A DNA stretch of 55,050 nt from an uncultured Candidatus Saccharibacteria bacterium (GTDB lineage Bacteria > Patescibacteriota > Saccharimonadia > Saccharimonadales > CAIOMD01), in assembly GCA_903859365.1 (NCBI GenBank), contig CAIOMD010000001.1, forward strand, positions 1 to 55,050. The letters are read 5' to 3'. Both the position numbers and the translations under genes were made by a program. Below the pieces are notes generated by a model. That model did not search any database, was not told where the DNA came from, and worked only from the letters and a program-made list of their open reading frames with translations. Below are positions 17,476 to 25,921 of this stretch, piece by piece (the stretch's first letter is position 1; each line of letters opens with the position of its first letter).

Positions 17476-19479
17476 TCAAATGTCAAGTAGCTTCAAAAAT
17501 GTTTGTTCGTCAATAATTTCTGTTCCGAATTTATCGGCTTTTTTTTGCTTACTTTCACCAATTGCTTCTCCTGCGACAAGATAAGTAGTATTCTTGCTGA
17601 CGGCACTCTGAAATGTTCCACCTCTTTCTCGAATTTTATCTGCTGCAGCTTCGCGTCCCATGCTTTCAAGTGACCCAGTAATAACGAAACTTTTACCACT
17701 TAAATTACCAACCGCTGGCAATCTAACCTCTTGAATAACTACCTTATTTTTATTAAATTTCTCTATTAGTTCTTGGTTCAAGAGTTCACTCGCCCATGCG
17801 GAAATTGATTCTGCAACAACCACTCCGATTCCATCAACTGAAGATAATTCTTCAGTTGTAGCTTGAAGAATATTATCAAGATTTCTAAAATAATTAGCAA
17901 GATCTGACGCTGTTTGTACTCCTACATGACGAATACCCAACGCAAAAATAAATTTAGAAAGTGGTGGATTCCTTTTTTCACGAATTGCTGATATCAAATT
18001 TTTTGCGCTTAATTCCGCAAACCGATCTAGCTTAAGAAGTTGGGCCTCGTTTAACGAATAAAGATCGGCAGCATCGCGTATAAGACCTGCCTCTAGAAGC
18101 GCTTTAACATTTTTCTCGCCCAAACCATCTATATCAAGTGCCTGCTTGGAAGCAAAATGTTCGATGTGCCGCCATGTTCGCGTTGGACAATTGTTATTAA
18201 CACAGCGCCAAACTGCTTCATTTATGGGCTTTTCGAGCTTTGTATTGCAATCAGGGCACTTATCGGGCATAACAAAACGTTTTTCAGATCCATCTCTCAG
18301 AGAAATGACAGCTTCTACAACTTCAGGAATAATATCACCAGCTTTTTGAATAATAACCGTATCACCTATCCTCAAATCTTTCTTCTCAATCTCATCTTCA
18401 TTGTGAAGTGTAGCCATCTGAACGGTACTGCCCGCAACGACTACAGGCTCAAGTACCGCTACTGGTGTCGCTGCACCAGTTCTACCAATACTAATAAAAA
18501 TATCAATCAATTTTGTAGATGACTGTTCAGCAGGGAATTTAAATGCAATTGCACCCCTTGGATTTTTTCCTACTATTCCAAGCCGTTCATACAAATTTCT
18601 GTTGTTTATCTTAAAAACAAGCCCGTCTGTATTGAATGGCAGTTCATGCCTCTTATCACGCCACTTTTCTATAAAATCTTTTATATCTGCAATATTTTTA
18701 AGTTTCCGAGCATCATCATTCACTATAAATCCAAGGTGCTTAAGCGCTGCATAGGCAGCTTCTTGAGTCATAATTTCTGCAATTTCTTCTCTCAAAAGAT
18801 CATAAGCTCGAAAATAAAGTTTACGACTCGCTGCTACAGCTGGGTTAAGTTGACGAATAGTACCTGCTGCTAAATTTCGCGGATTAGCGTAAGTAGCTTC
18901 ATCATTCAAATTTAACTTTGCGTTTAGTTCTTCAAAATCCTTTTTGTACATTACGATTTCGCCACGTACTTCAGTTCTTCCCCTTGAAAATAAATTATCA
19001 CCGTGTAATTTAAGTGGAATACTCTTAAGGGTTTTACAGTTCGCTGTAACGTCTTCACCTATAAATCCATCACCACGTGTCACCGCTTTCTTTAGGAGAC
19101 CGTTTTCGTAAATAAGTGAGCATGCCAGCCCATCCATTTTTATATCACCCCAGAATTCTGCAGTTTCGGAGGCCGCTTCAAGCTTTGTGATTCGCTGGAC
19201 CCATTTATTTATTTCAGCGTCTTCAAAAACATCATTAAGACTTACCATGCGGGTTCTATGTTCTACTTTTTCAAATGAATCAAGTGGTTGCCCACCTACC
19301 CTTTGCGTTGGTGAATCTTCGGTAATATATTCTGGATATGCAACTTCTAGTTTCTTTAGCTCAGAAAAAAGTGTGTCATAAACTGCGTCAGGAACAGATG
19401 GTTTATCGAGAACATGGTATTCGTGAGAATAAGTATTAAGTTTGTCCCGGAGTTTTTTTATTTTTTCTACTTCATTCAC
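17476..19479 (-). CDS. ligA: NAD-dependent DNA ligase
   Basis: KMDG adenylation motif, TRGDG, NPRN, Zn finger, HhH and BRCT domains. Confidence 0.97.
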   Translation of the reverse strand: MNEVEKIKKLRDKLNTYSHEYHVLDKPSVPDAVYDTLFSELKKLEVAYPEYITEDSPTQRVGGQPLDSFEKVEHRTRMVSLNDVFEDAEINKWVQRITKLEAASETAEFWGDIKMDGLACSLIYENGLLKKAVTRGDGFIGEDVTANCKTLKSIPLKLHGDNLFSRGRTEVRGEIVMYKKDFEELNAKLNLNDEATYANPRNLAAGTIRQLNPAVAASRKLYFRAYDLLREEIAEIMTQEAAYAALKHLGFIVNDDARKLKNIADIKDFIEKWRDKRHELPFNTDGLVFKINNRNLYERLGIVGKNPRGAIAFKFPAEQSSTKLIDIFISIGRTGAATPVAVLEPVVVAGSTVQMATLHNEDEIEKKDLRIGDTVIIQKAGDIIPEVVEAVISLRDGSEKRFVMPDKCPDCNTKLEKPINEAVWRCVNNNCPTRTWRHIEHFASKQALDIDGLGEKNVKALLEAGLIRDAADLYSLNEAQLLKLDRFAELSAKNLISAIREKRNPPLSKFIFALGIRHVGVQTASDLANYFRNLDNILQATTEELSSVDGIGVVVAESISAWASELLNQELIEKFNKNKVVIQEVRLPAVGNLSGKSFVITGSLESMGREAAADKIRERGGTFQSAVSKNTTYLVAGEAIGESKQKKADKFGTEIIDEQTFLKLLDI

Positions 19480-20336
19480 TCCAAGCTCCTATACAGTTCA
19501 TAAAGATATACTTGGCTGAATAAGAATATGCCAAATACTAGAACGAATAGTACGTAAGGAATCAAACTTGTACTAATCACTGCAAACAGGTAAAGCACCA
19601 CAAGAAATAAAGAAATAAGTGTAATAAAAAGAAGTGTAATTCTTCCTAATACCTTTGTTCTTCTTAATTTTGTAAGAGCAATCGATTGCTTAAGGGCTTT
19701 CATCGGACGCACTCGAGTTGTAGCGCTTATGTAAAATGCCGGCCATAGCATCGTAAAAAGCAGGAGTCCGAAGAAAAGAGTTAGCGCAGATAAGAGAAAG
19801 ACGAGCGTAGTTTCCATTGATGATCCACTACTCTTTAGCGCAACACTCAAAAAAGCTCCAGCGAATAGTGCAGGAATAAGTGAAAGTACAAGTACTGTCG
19901 CTACAACTAGGGTAGGGATGAAATGCGCTGTTCCCTCATAGAATGCATCCAGCACCTTAACATTTTTGCCTTCTCCAAGATTCTTAAGCAGCCAGATTAT
20001 GGCCATAACAGCAATCAAAAATAACAGTAATTGGGTTAATACTACTGCATCCGATTGACTATTGCCGTTATACATATTAGAAATAGCATAAGAAAGTAGA
20101 GTGCTCGTTTGGTTTATTTTTGACGTGCTACTATTCACCGCACTACCCATGCTTGAAGTAAGTGAAAAGCCCATGACAAAAACAAAATAAAGCACTGCAT
20201 AGACGAGGATCACTCCTAGTAATTTCTTCCTATGAAGCAACATAGTCCCGTAAGATTTTTGAAACAACTTTCCTGTTCCAATAACAGATCGCGGAACTGA
20301 TTTTATAACCGGCTTAGTAGCTTTATTTTTAGCCAT
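19476..20336 (-). CDS. Hypothetical polytopic membrane protein
   Basis: About 6 TM segments; probable start MAKNK (20336). Confidence 0.7.
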   Translation of the reverse strand: MAKNKATKPVIKSVPRSVIGTGKLFQKSYGTMLLHRKKLLGVILVYAVLYFVFVMGFSLTSSMGSAVNSSTSKINQTSTLLSYAISNMYNGNSQSDAVVLTQLLLFLIAVMAIIWLLKNLGEGKNVKVLDAFYEGTAHFIPTLVVATVLVLSLIPALFAGAFLSVALKSSGSSMETTLVFLLSALTLFFGLLLFTMLWPAFYISATTRVRPMKALKQSIALTKLRRTKVLGRITLLFITLISLFLVVLYLFAVISTSLIPYVLFVLVFGIFLFSQVYLYELYRSLE

Positions 20337-20380
20337 GTATTTTACCCATTTAATACTTCTAGTATACAACTTTTAAACTA

Positions 20381-20408
20381 AAATAACCCGGCTAAAACCA
20401 GGTTATTT
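20381..20408 (-). terminator. Terminator downstream of tRNA-Leu
   Basis: aaataacc..ggttattt inverted repeat with T-tract on the minus strand. Confidence 0.5.
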
Positions 20409-20411
20409 ATA

Positions 20412-20496
20412 TGGTGGGCAAGGAGGGACTCGAACCCTCAAGCCTTGCGGCAACGGATTTTAAGTCCGTCGCGTATACCAATTCCGCCACTCACCC
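20412..20496 (-). tRNA. tRNA-Leu(TAA)
   Basis: Anticodon arm acgga-ct-TAA-aa-tccgt, long variable arm, CCA end. Confidence 0.95.
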
Positions 20497-20522
20497 ATTT
20501 CTGTGCTATCTATTATAGCAAT

Positions 20523-20596
20523 TGGAGGCGCCTACCGGAATTGAACCGGTGTAAAAGGTTTTGCAGACCTCCACGTAACCACTCCGCCAAGGCGCC
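20523..20596 (-). tRNA. tRNA-Cys(GCA)
   Basis: Anticodon GCA, acceptor stem ggcgcct/aggcgcc, U73-CCA end. Confidence 0.95.
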
Positions 20597-20645
20597 AGCA
20601 ATGTAGATTATAACAGAGAACATGCGTGACGATAAAACAACATTG

Positions 20646-22037
20646 CTAAAACTCTTCCAATTCAGCCTTAGTGCTGTATGGATCGTCAAAACGATAGTAG
20701 TCTCCATTTTTAGTTTTTAAATAGTTCCAACTAGCATTTTTTTCACCATGATTATCCCTAATCATACTTCCACGGGCGGTCGCACGTGTGCATGGAGGAG
20801 TATTATAAAGTTTTAAGATTTCAGAATAAGATATATAGGGAGATTCGATTTTATCCCAATACCGCATGGCAGGCCCTGAAGGAGAAATACGATCCCACGT
20901 TAAGGTTGCGGCGACAACATCTGCGTTAAAACTATTTATCTGATTTTCATCAAATCTTTTTCTCAAATAAAAATGACGTATGGCAAAATCCGCAAGTTCA
21001 AGTAGTCCTGCGTATTCACCCTTATCTAAGTCTGCTAATTTTAATTGATCGATTACGTGGCCCCATAGCGGCAAAGCTATTCGTTCGTCTTCTGGTAATT
21101 CAATATTCTCATTTAAAATATATGCCTGTTCTAGTAAAATTTCCTGATAATTAACAGCAGATATTACATTTCCGTCTAGGGTCTCCATGGTTTTCGTAAA
21201 CCCTAAATCTTTAGAAAATGATTCCGCTGCATAGCCTGGACTTTCAAATGATTTTCCTATTAATACATCATTATTAAGCTTATCTTTGTGTTCCACGATT
21301 CTAAGCATGAGCGAAGTTGTGGCAAGATCCAAAAAATTAATTGTTTTAGAAAAATTTGCATCCGCAAAACGCACTTCAAGCCTCGCGTAATCCCCTCCTG
21401 GAGTTACAGTGTCCTGGTCAGCCCTCTCCGGAGGTACAATTGCCATTGGCTTAGACCCGTGCGTTATGCGTTGTGAAAGTTCACCCGTAATAGTTTGAAA
21501 ACCAATGCCTGAAATCTTTTGAGATAACTCAAAACGATCATTAACTATTCCAGCACCGGACCATACTCTTGAAGCCCAGAGTGAAGGAAGAATTGTCATA
21601 AAGTCTATATCAGCAGTAATCGATCGAGGTATTAAATAATTTTCATGGTACCCCGTCGTATCCGAAACACCTTTAATAACAGAACCTGTATTTCTGAATA
21701 AACCTTCATGTTCAAGATTAGAGGCTGAGATTATATCTACGATTTGCAATATTCCAGCGTAATCAGCCGCTGCAGCCTGTCTAGGGCCAAGACATTCTGC
21801 GGTTGCGATCTCTAAGTTTTGCATGTCAAGGTAGGCTCTACCGCCAGAATCTAAATAACCATATCCTGCACAACTGAATCCTGCGTCGCGAATTACTTGA
21901 TCATTCAAAAATCGATTTTCATCGTTGAATAATTCGCTATCAGGGTTTATTTGAATTGTTATTTCAGATTCAACTCCAATAATACGATCGGGTGGTGTTT
22001 CGGAAAAAAAATCCTTAACAGTAATGTCTTTTTCCAT
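20646..22037 (-). CDS. Pup-protein ligase/deamidase (PafA/Dop) family protein
   Basis: RIIGVESE (GhExE), GGRAYLD, EIATAEC, GYHENYL, GAG, LSQK, RLEVRFADAN, C-terminal PP.TRA.ARG...W...DPY, all collinear with PafA/Dop motifs. Confidence 0.85.
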   Translation of the reverse strand: MEKDITVKDFFSETPPDRIIGVESEITIQINPDSELFNDENRFLNDQVIRDAGFSCAGYGYLDSGGRAYLDMQNLEIATAECLGPRQAAAADYAGILQIVDIISASNLEHEGLFRNTGSVIKGVSDTTGYHENYLIPRSITADIDFMTILPSLWASRVWSGAGIVNDRFELSQKISGIGFQTITGELSQRITHGSKPMAIVPPERADQDTVTPGGDYARLEVRFADANFSKTINFLDLATTSLMLRIVEHKDKLNNDVLIGKSFESPGYAAESFSKDLGFTKTMETLDGNVISAVNYQEILLEQAYILNENIELPEDERIALPLWGHVIDQLKLADLDKGEYAGLLELADFAIRHFYLRKRFDENQINSFNADVVAATLTWDRISPSGPAMRYWDKIESPYISYSEILKLYNTPPCTRATARGSMIRDNHGEKNASWNYLKTKNGDYYRFDDPYSTKAELEEF

Positions 22038-22051
22038 ATTCAGATGCTTTC

Positions 22052-22483
22052 CTATAGAGACGCTTGTGGCTCTACGGCTACGCTGAATGTGTTTACAGTT
22101 TTTCGATAGCTAGTCTGAGAAAAAATTTTGCGCTGAGATAACGATTTTTGAAAATATGACATGATTAGCAGCGCTGGCTTCACTGGTTCAATTCCTTCAA
22201 AATTTGCGTCTATAGCTTTGAGTAAAGCGGCTCGAGCAGTTGTATCTCCATCCATTTCAGTACTTACCAGTCCTCCGATTGCAGTTGAAGTGACTATGTT
22301 GGGAATAATATCTGTATATTTATGTAGTGCTTCTTCCAACAAAAAGAAACCTTCCGAAGGATTAGCGAGGGAAAGTTTTTCAAAGGTATTGCCATATTCT
22401 TGAATAGTAGATTCATTGATTGTTTTGAAATCATCTTTTTCGAAAGTCACTATATGTATCAGAGAGTTAAGATTATTGTGCAT
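22052..22483 (-). CDS. Hypothetical protein upstream of the pafA-like gene
   Basis: 143 aa ORF, same strand, 14 nt gap to the pafA-like gene. Confidence 0.6.
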   Translation of the reverse strand: MHNNLNSLIHIVTFEKDDFKTINESTIQEYGNTFEKLSLANPSEGFFLLEEALHKYTDIIPNIVTSTAIGGLVSTEMDGDTTARAALLKAIDANFEGIEPVKPALLIMSYFQKSLSQRKIFSQTSYRKTVNTFSVAVEPQASL

Positions 22484-22622
22484 AAAAAATACAATACCAC
22501 AATTTATTAAAAAAGATAATAAATGGTGGAGTATGGTTTATTGAAGTCTGTCTATATTATCGCCGTAGTAACAAGTACCATAACCATAAAAGGCCGATAG
22601 TTAAGTCCAAAATCAGGCCAAG

Positions 22623-22653
22623 AAAAAAGCCACCGCTTAGGGTGGCGCTTTTC
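22623..22653 (-). terminator. Terminator downstream of tRNA-Gly
   Basis: gccacc/ggtggc stem followed by a T6 tract on the minus strand. Confidence 0.65.
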
Positions 22654-22654
22654 A

Positions 22655-22731
22655 TGGTGCGGGTTAAGAGACTCTAACTCTCGACCTCTTCCTTGGCAAG
22701 GAAGCGCTCTAAACAACTGAGCTAAACCCGC
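22655..22731 (-). tRNA. tRNA-Gly(GCC), T-loop variant
   Basis: Anticodon arm cttcc-tt-GCC-aa-ggaag; CCA end; T-loop reads TTAGAGT instead of TTCGAGT. Confidence 0.9.
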
Positions 22732-22784
22732 ATATTACAAGGGAATATTATAGCTAATAACATCTTCCCTTGCAACCTCAAGAC

Positions 22785-24392
22785 TTATTCAGCGATTATT
22801 GGTTTACTGTCAGCATGTTTGCGCAATGGAATTTCTTTTAAGAAAAAAACTGTTACACAGGCAATCACCAATACGCACGCGCCGACTAAGAACACGTGTG
22901 TCAGCGAAGTTGCAAGTGCTGTACGAGCTGATTCAATAAAACCATAAAAAGAGTTCGTTAGCTCAACATGGTTAGGAGCTTTTGAGATAGTTTTTAAAAT
23001 TGTAGTTTGATTAGAGGGCGAAAGTAATTGCTGCAAACCATTGGCGTTCAAATTTGTCACTGGATGACCAGCCTTACTCATCGTTTGAGCAAAAGCTGAA
23101 TTGGAAAGCGACCCCAGCTTTGTATTTAACTGACTATTCAAATAGGTGCCCATTAGTGCGACACCGACAACAGACCCAATTCCTCTAAAGAGTTGTGATG
23201 ATGAACTCACCACTCCAAGAAATTTCTGCTCAAAAGCATTTTGAATAATTAAGGTGAAGAGCGGCATAGTAATTCCAATACCGACTCCAAGTGGAATCAT
23301 TCTAATAATAAGTTGCAGATGTGAGGTATTGGCAGAAATTGTTGAAAGCCAAAAGAGGGACCCCGTCATTAGAAACGCACCCAAAATAGCAATTTTTTTA
23401 TATTTACCAGTGCGAGCAACAATTTGGCCCGAAGCGATACTCGTAAGTGCTAGTGAAAACACCAGCGGAAGCAATATGATTCCTGAGTTTGTAGCTGAAG
23501 CACCCTGAACCACTTGAGCGAAAAGTGGCAAGTAAATAATTGCTCCGAACATCGCAATACCAACTAAAAACAGCATGATTATTGAGACCCTGAAGATACT
23601 ATTCTTAAAAATCATGAGAGGAATTATCGGATCCTCGTGTCTGCTTTCCCAATATACGAAGTAACCTAGTAGCGCAAAGCCAAGTGCAAATAGACCGTAT
23701 GATTGCATAGAGCTCCAGGCAAATTTGTCACCGCCCAAATTGAGTACCAAAAGAAGCGCTGCGAGTCCCGCCGCAATAAGGGCTGCTCCCCCAAAATCGA
23801 TTTTCTTTTCAGCACCCTTAGCAATAATTGTTGGCAAGTACATAAAAATAAGTCCAAAAGCGATGATGCCAAAAGGAACATTAACGTAAAAACACCAACG
23901 CCATGAAGCATGGTCTGTTAGAAATCCGCCAAGTAACGGGCCTACAACAGAAGAGAGCCCCCATACTGCTCCAATAATTCCCTGCCACTTAGGTCGTTCA
24001 GCGGGTGTAAAAAGGTCACCAATAACTGCAAAAGCACTCGAAAAAAGAATTCCTCCACCGATACCCTGTATTGCTCTAAAAACAATAAGTGATGTCATAT
24101 TCCAGGATAATCCTGTAAACATAGAACCTATAACGAAAATAAGTATTCCGGTTAGGAGCATTTTTCTTCGTCCAAAGATGTCTGATAATTTTCCACTAAT
24201 TGGAATAGTAATCGTTGAGCTCAAAAGATATGCAGTGACCACCCAACTAAGTTCAGAAAGGCCATGAAACTGATTAACTATCTTCGGCAGTGCTGTTCCA
24301 ACAATAGACTGATCAAGCGCAGCCAAAAAAAGACCCGACATAACCGCAACCATGACAAATATTTTTTGTCGTATAGAAATGTGATGTAACAT
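22785..24392 (-). CDS. MFS DHA2 (EmrB/QacA-type) drug efflux transporter
   Basis: LAALDQSIVGTALP, WVVTAYLL, GKLSDIFGRR, GPLLGG..WRWCFYVNVP; about 14 TM segments. Confidence 0.93.
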   Translation of the reverse strand: MLHHISIRQKIFVMVAVMSGLFLAALDQSIVGTALPKIVNQFHGLSELSWVVTAYLLSSTITIPISGKLSDIFGRRKMLLTGILIFVIGSMFTGLSWNMTSLIVFRAIQGIGGGILFSSAFAVIGDLFTPAERPKWQGIIGAVWGLSSVVGPLLGGFLTDHASWRWCFYVNVPFGIIAFGLIFMYLPTIIAKGAEKKIDFGGAALIAAGLAALLLVLNLGGDKFAWSSMQSYGLFALGFALLGYFVYWESRHEDPIIPLMIFKNSIFRVSIIMLFLVGIAMFGAIIYLPLFAQVVQGASATNSGIILLPLVFSLALTSIASGQIVARTGKYKKIAILGAFLMTGSLFWLSTISANTSHLQLIIRMIPLGVGIGITMPLFTLIIQNAFEQKFLGVVSSSSQLFRGIGSVVGVALMGTYLNSQLNTKLGSLSNSAFAQTMSKAGHPVTNLNANGLQQLLSPSNQTTILKTISKAPNHVELTNSFYGFIESARTALATSLTHVFLVGACVLVIACVTVFFLKEIPLRKHADSKPIIAE

Positions 24393-24485
24393 ATTTTCCT
24401 TTTCTTTAATTCCTAGGTTATGGAATTTTTACTTTTTACCTATTACTCAAATCATATCATATTTCGTATTCACCTATAGCTTAAT

Positions 24486-24514
24486 TTGCTAAAACAATCT
24501 CTGTTATGTACAAT
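24486..24514 (+). promoter_or_regulatory. Sigma70 promoter TTGCTA-17-TACAAT for tRNA-Phe
   Basis: Near-consensus hexamers 16 nt before the tRNA. Confidence 0.6.
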
Positions 24515-24530
24515 TATTAAGCATTTGTGC

Positions 24531-24606
24531 GGCGCCTTAGCTCAGCTGGTAGAGCAGAGGCCTGAAGAGCCTTGTGTCCCCAGTTCGAGTCTGGGAGGCG
24601 CCACCA
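24531..24606 (+). tRNA. tRNA-Phe(GAA)
   Basis: Anticodon arm gaggc-ct-GAA-ga-gcctt; CCA end. Confidence 0.95.
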
Positions 24607-24611
24607 CAATG

Positions 24612-24652
24612 TTCTCACTATAATTTCTCACTATAATTTAGTGAGTTTTTTT
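24612..24652 (+). terminator. Terminator after tRNA-Phe with a duplicated left arm
   Basis: ttctcactataat occurs twice in tandem; ctcacta/tagtgag stem followed by T7. Confidence 0.55.
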
Positions 24653-25619
24653 ATGTCCGCGCAACATCCGATTCATCTTCAATCTCATGTCCAATAATTT
24701 CTTCTAATAAATCTTCGATAGTAACAATTCCGACTATTTTGTCATTTTTTTCTATTGCCATAAGGTGAGTATGCGCAGCTATGAATTTCCTAAACATAGT
24801 ATCGAGCGCAGTTCTTGCACCCACGATATGCAATTTATGTACGGGAAGTTCGCTAACTAAATAAGAGCGTTCGTCAAAATCTATATCAACAAGATCCTTC
24901 ATTAAGAGAATCCCCCCTGGCTCATCAATAGATGTGCCAAGGATTGGAATTCTACTAAAACTCTCTTCTTTAATTCTATCAATCATGTATTCATCGATTA
25001 CACTATTTTCTTGAAGTGAAAAAACCTTTTTAATTGGTGTCATTATGTCAGAAACATGCGTTTCGCTCAGTTTTAATGCACCCCTTATAATTTCTACTTC
25101 ATCCTCATCAAGTTCACTTTCCTTATGTCCTAAATGCTCAGAAATAATAAGCCCGAGTTCTCGCCTGGTATGTAGCGCACCTTTTTCTTTACCAAAAAAA
25201 TGATCCAACAGCCATGCAAGTGGTCGAGCAATAGGATACGTAACAATTATCATTATCCTAAGAATTGGGGCACACAAAGCAGTTATAAATAATGCATTCT
25301 TCAAAAAATATGCCTGGGGAAGAATTTCTCCAAAAACAACAATCAATAGTGTGCTCACTATTCCAGCTACTAATCCGCTGTATCTGTGACTTAACACAAG
25401 TGATGATGATGAGATGACCGCAACATTAGTGAGCAAAATACTCGCTAAACTTAAGTGGGGTTTCACTCTCAATGGATACACCACAGAGGCTTGGATATTG
25501 CCAAGCTCTTTTTTTCTTTTTAAATCTGCAACGTCTAGAGACATTAAAGAAACATTAAGACCTGAGCAAATTGCCGAGAATAAGACTAAAATAAGAACAA
25601 TAATAATGGTTGCGTACAT
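24651..25619 (-). CDS. CNNM/DUF21 + CBS domain protein (CorC/HlyC-like)
   Basis: SAICSGL, FGEILPQ, IMTP, FSRIP, GIVTIEDLLEEIIGHEIEDE; probable start MYATI. Confidence 0.9.
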   Translation of the reverse strand: MYATIIIVLILVLFSAICSGLNVSLMSLDVADLKRKKELGNIQASVVYPLRVKPHLSLASILLTNVAVISSSSLVLSHRYSGLVAGIVSTLLIVVFGEILPQAYFLKNALFITALCAPILRIMIIVTYPIARPLAWLLDHFFGKEKGALHTRRELGLIISEHLGHKESELDEDEVEIIRGALKLSETHVSDIMTPIKKVFSLQENSVIDEYMIDRIKEESFSRIPILGTSIDEPGGILLMKDLVDIDFDERSYLVSELPVHKLHIVGARTALDTMFRKFIAAHTHLMAIEKNDKIVGIVTIEDLLEEIIGHEIEDESDVART

Positions 25620-25681
25620 GTGTTTAGGGAAGCTATTGTACGATAAAAAAAATAATTCCACAACAGATTATGGAATTATTA

Positions 25682-25758
25682 TGGTGGGTGATGAGGGATT
25701 CGAACCCCCGACCCCCTCGGTGTAAACGAGGTGCTCTAGCCAACTGAGCTAATCACCC
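25682..25758 (-). tRNA. tRNA-Val(TAC)
   Basis: Anticodon arm cctcg-tt-TAC-ac-cgagg; CCA end. Confidence 0.95.
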
Positions 25759-25774
25759 ATATCTTTTAAGCGCG

Positions 25775-25861
25775 TGGTGCGCGAGAGAGGACTTGAACCT
25801 CCACAGCCTTTCGGCCACTACCACCTCAAGGTAGCGTGTATACCAATTTCACCACTCGCGC
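25775..25861 (-). tRNA. tRNA-Leu(GAG)
   Basis: Anticodon GAG, long variable arm, CCA end. Confidence 0.95.
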
Positions 25862-25921
25862 AAAAAATGCGATACGTCACATATAGTACCTAAAATAAGC
25901 CTAAAACTCAAGTTGTAGTTG

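Noticed and set aside
20513-20707. 64 aa ORF next to the pafA-like gene, considered as a possible Pup
   Set aside because: Overlaps tRNA-Cys and the pafA-like 3' end; no GGE/GGQ terminus
24612-24640. Tandem ttctcactataat repeat as a CRISPR or att site
   Set aside because: Only two adjacent copies with no spacer; better explained as a duplicated terminator arm
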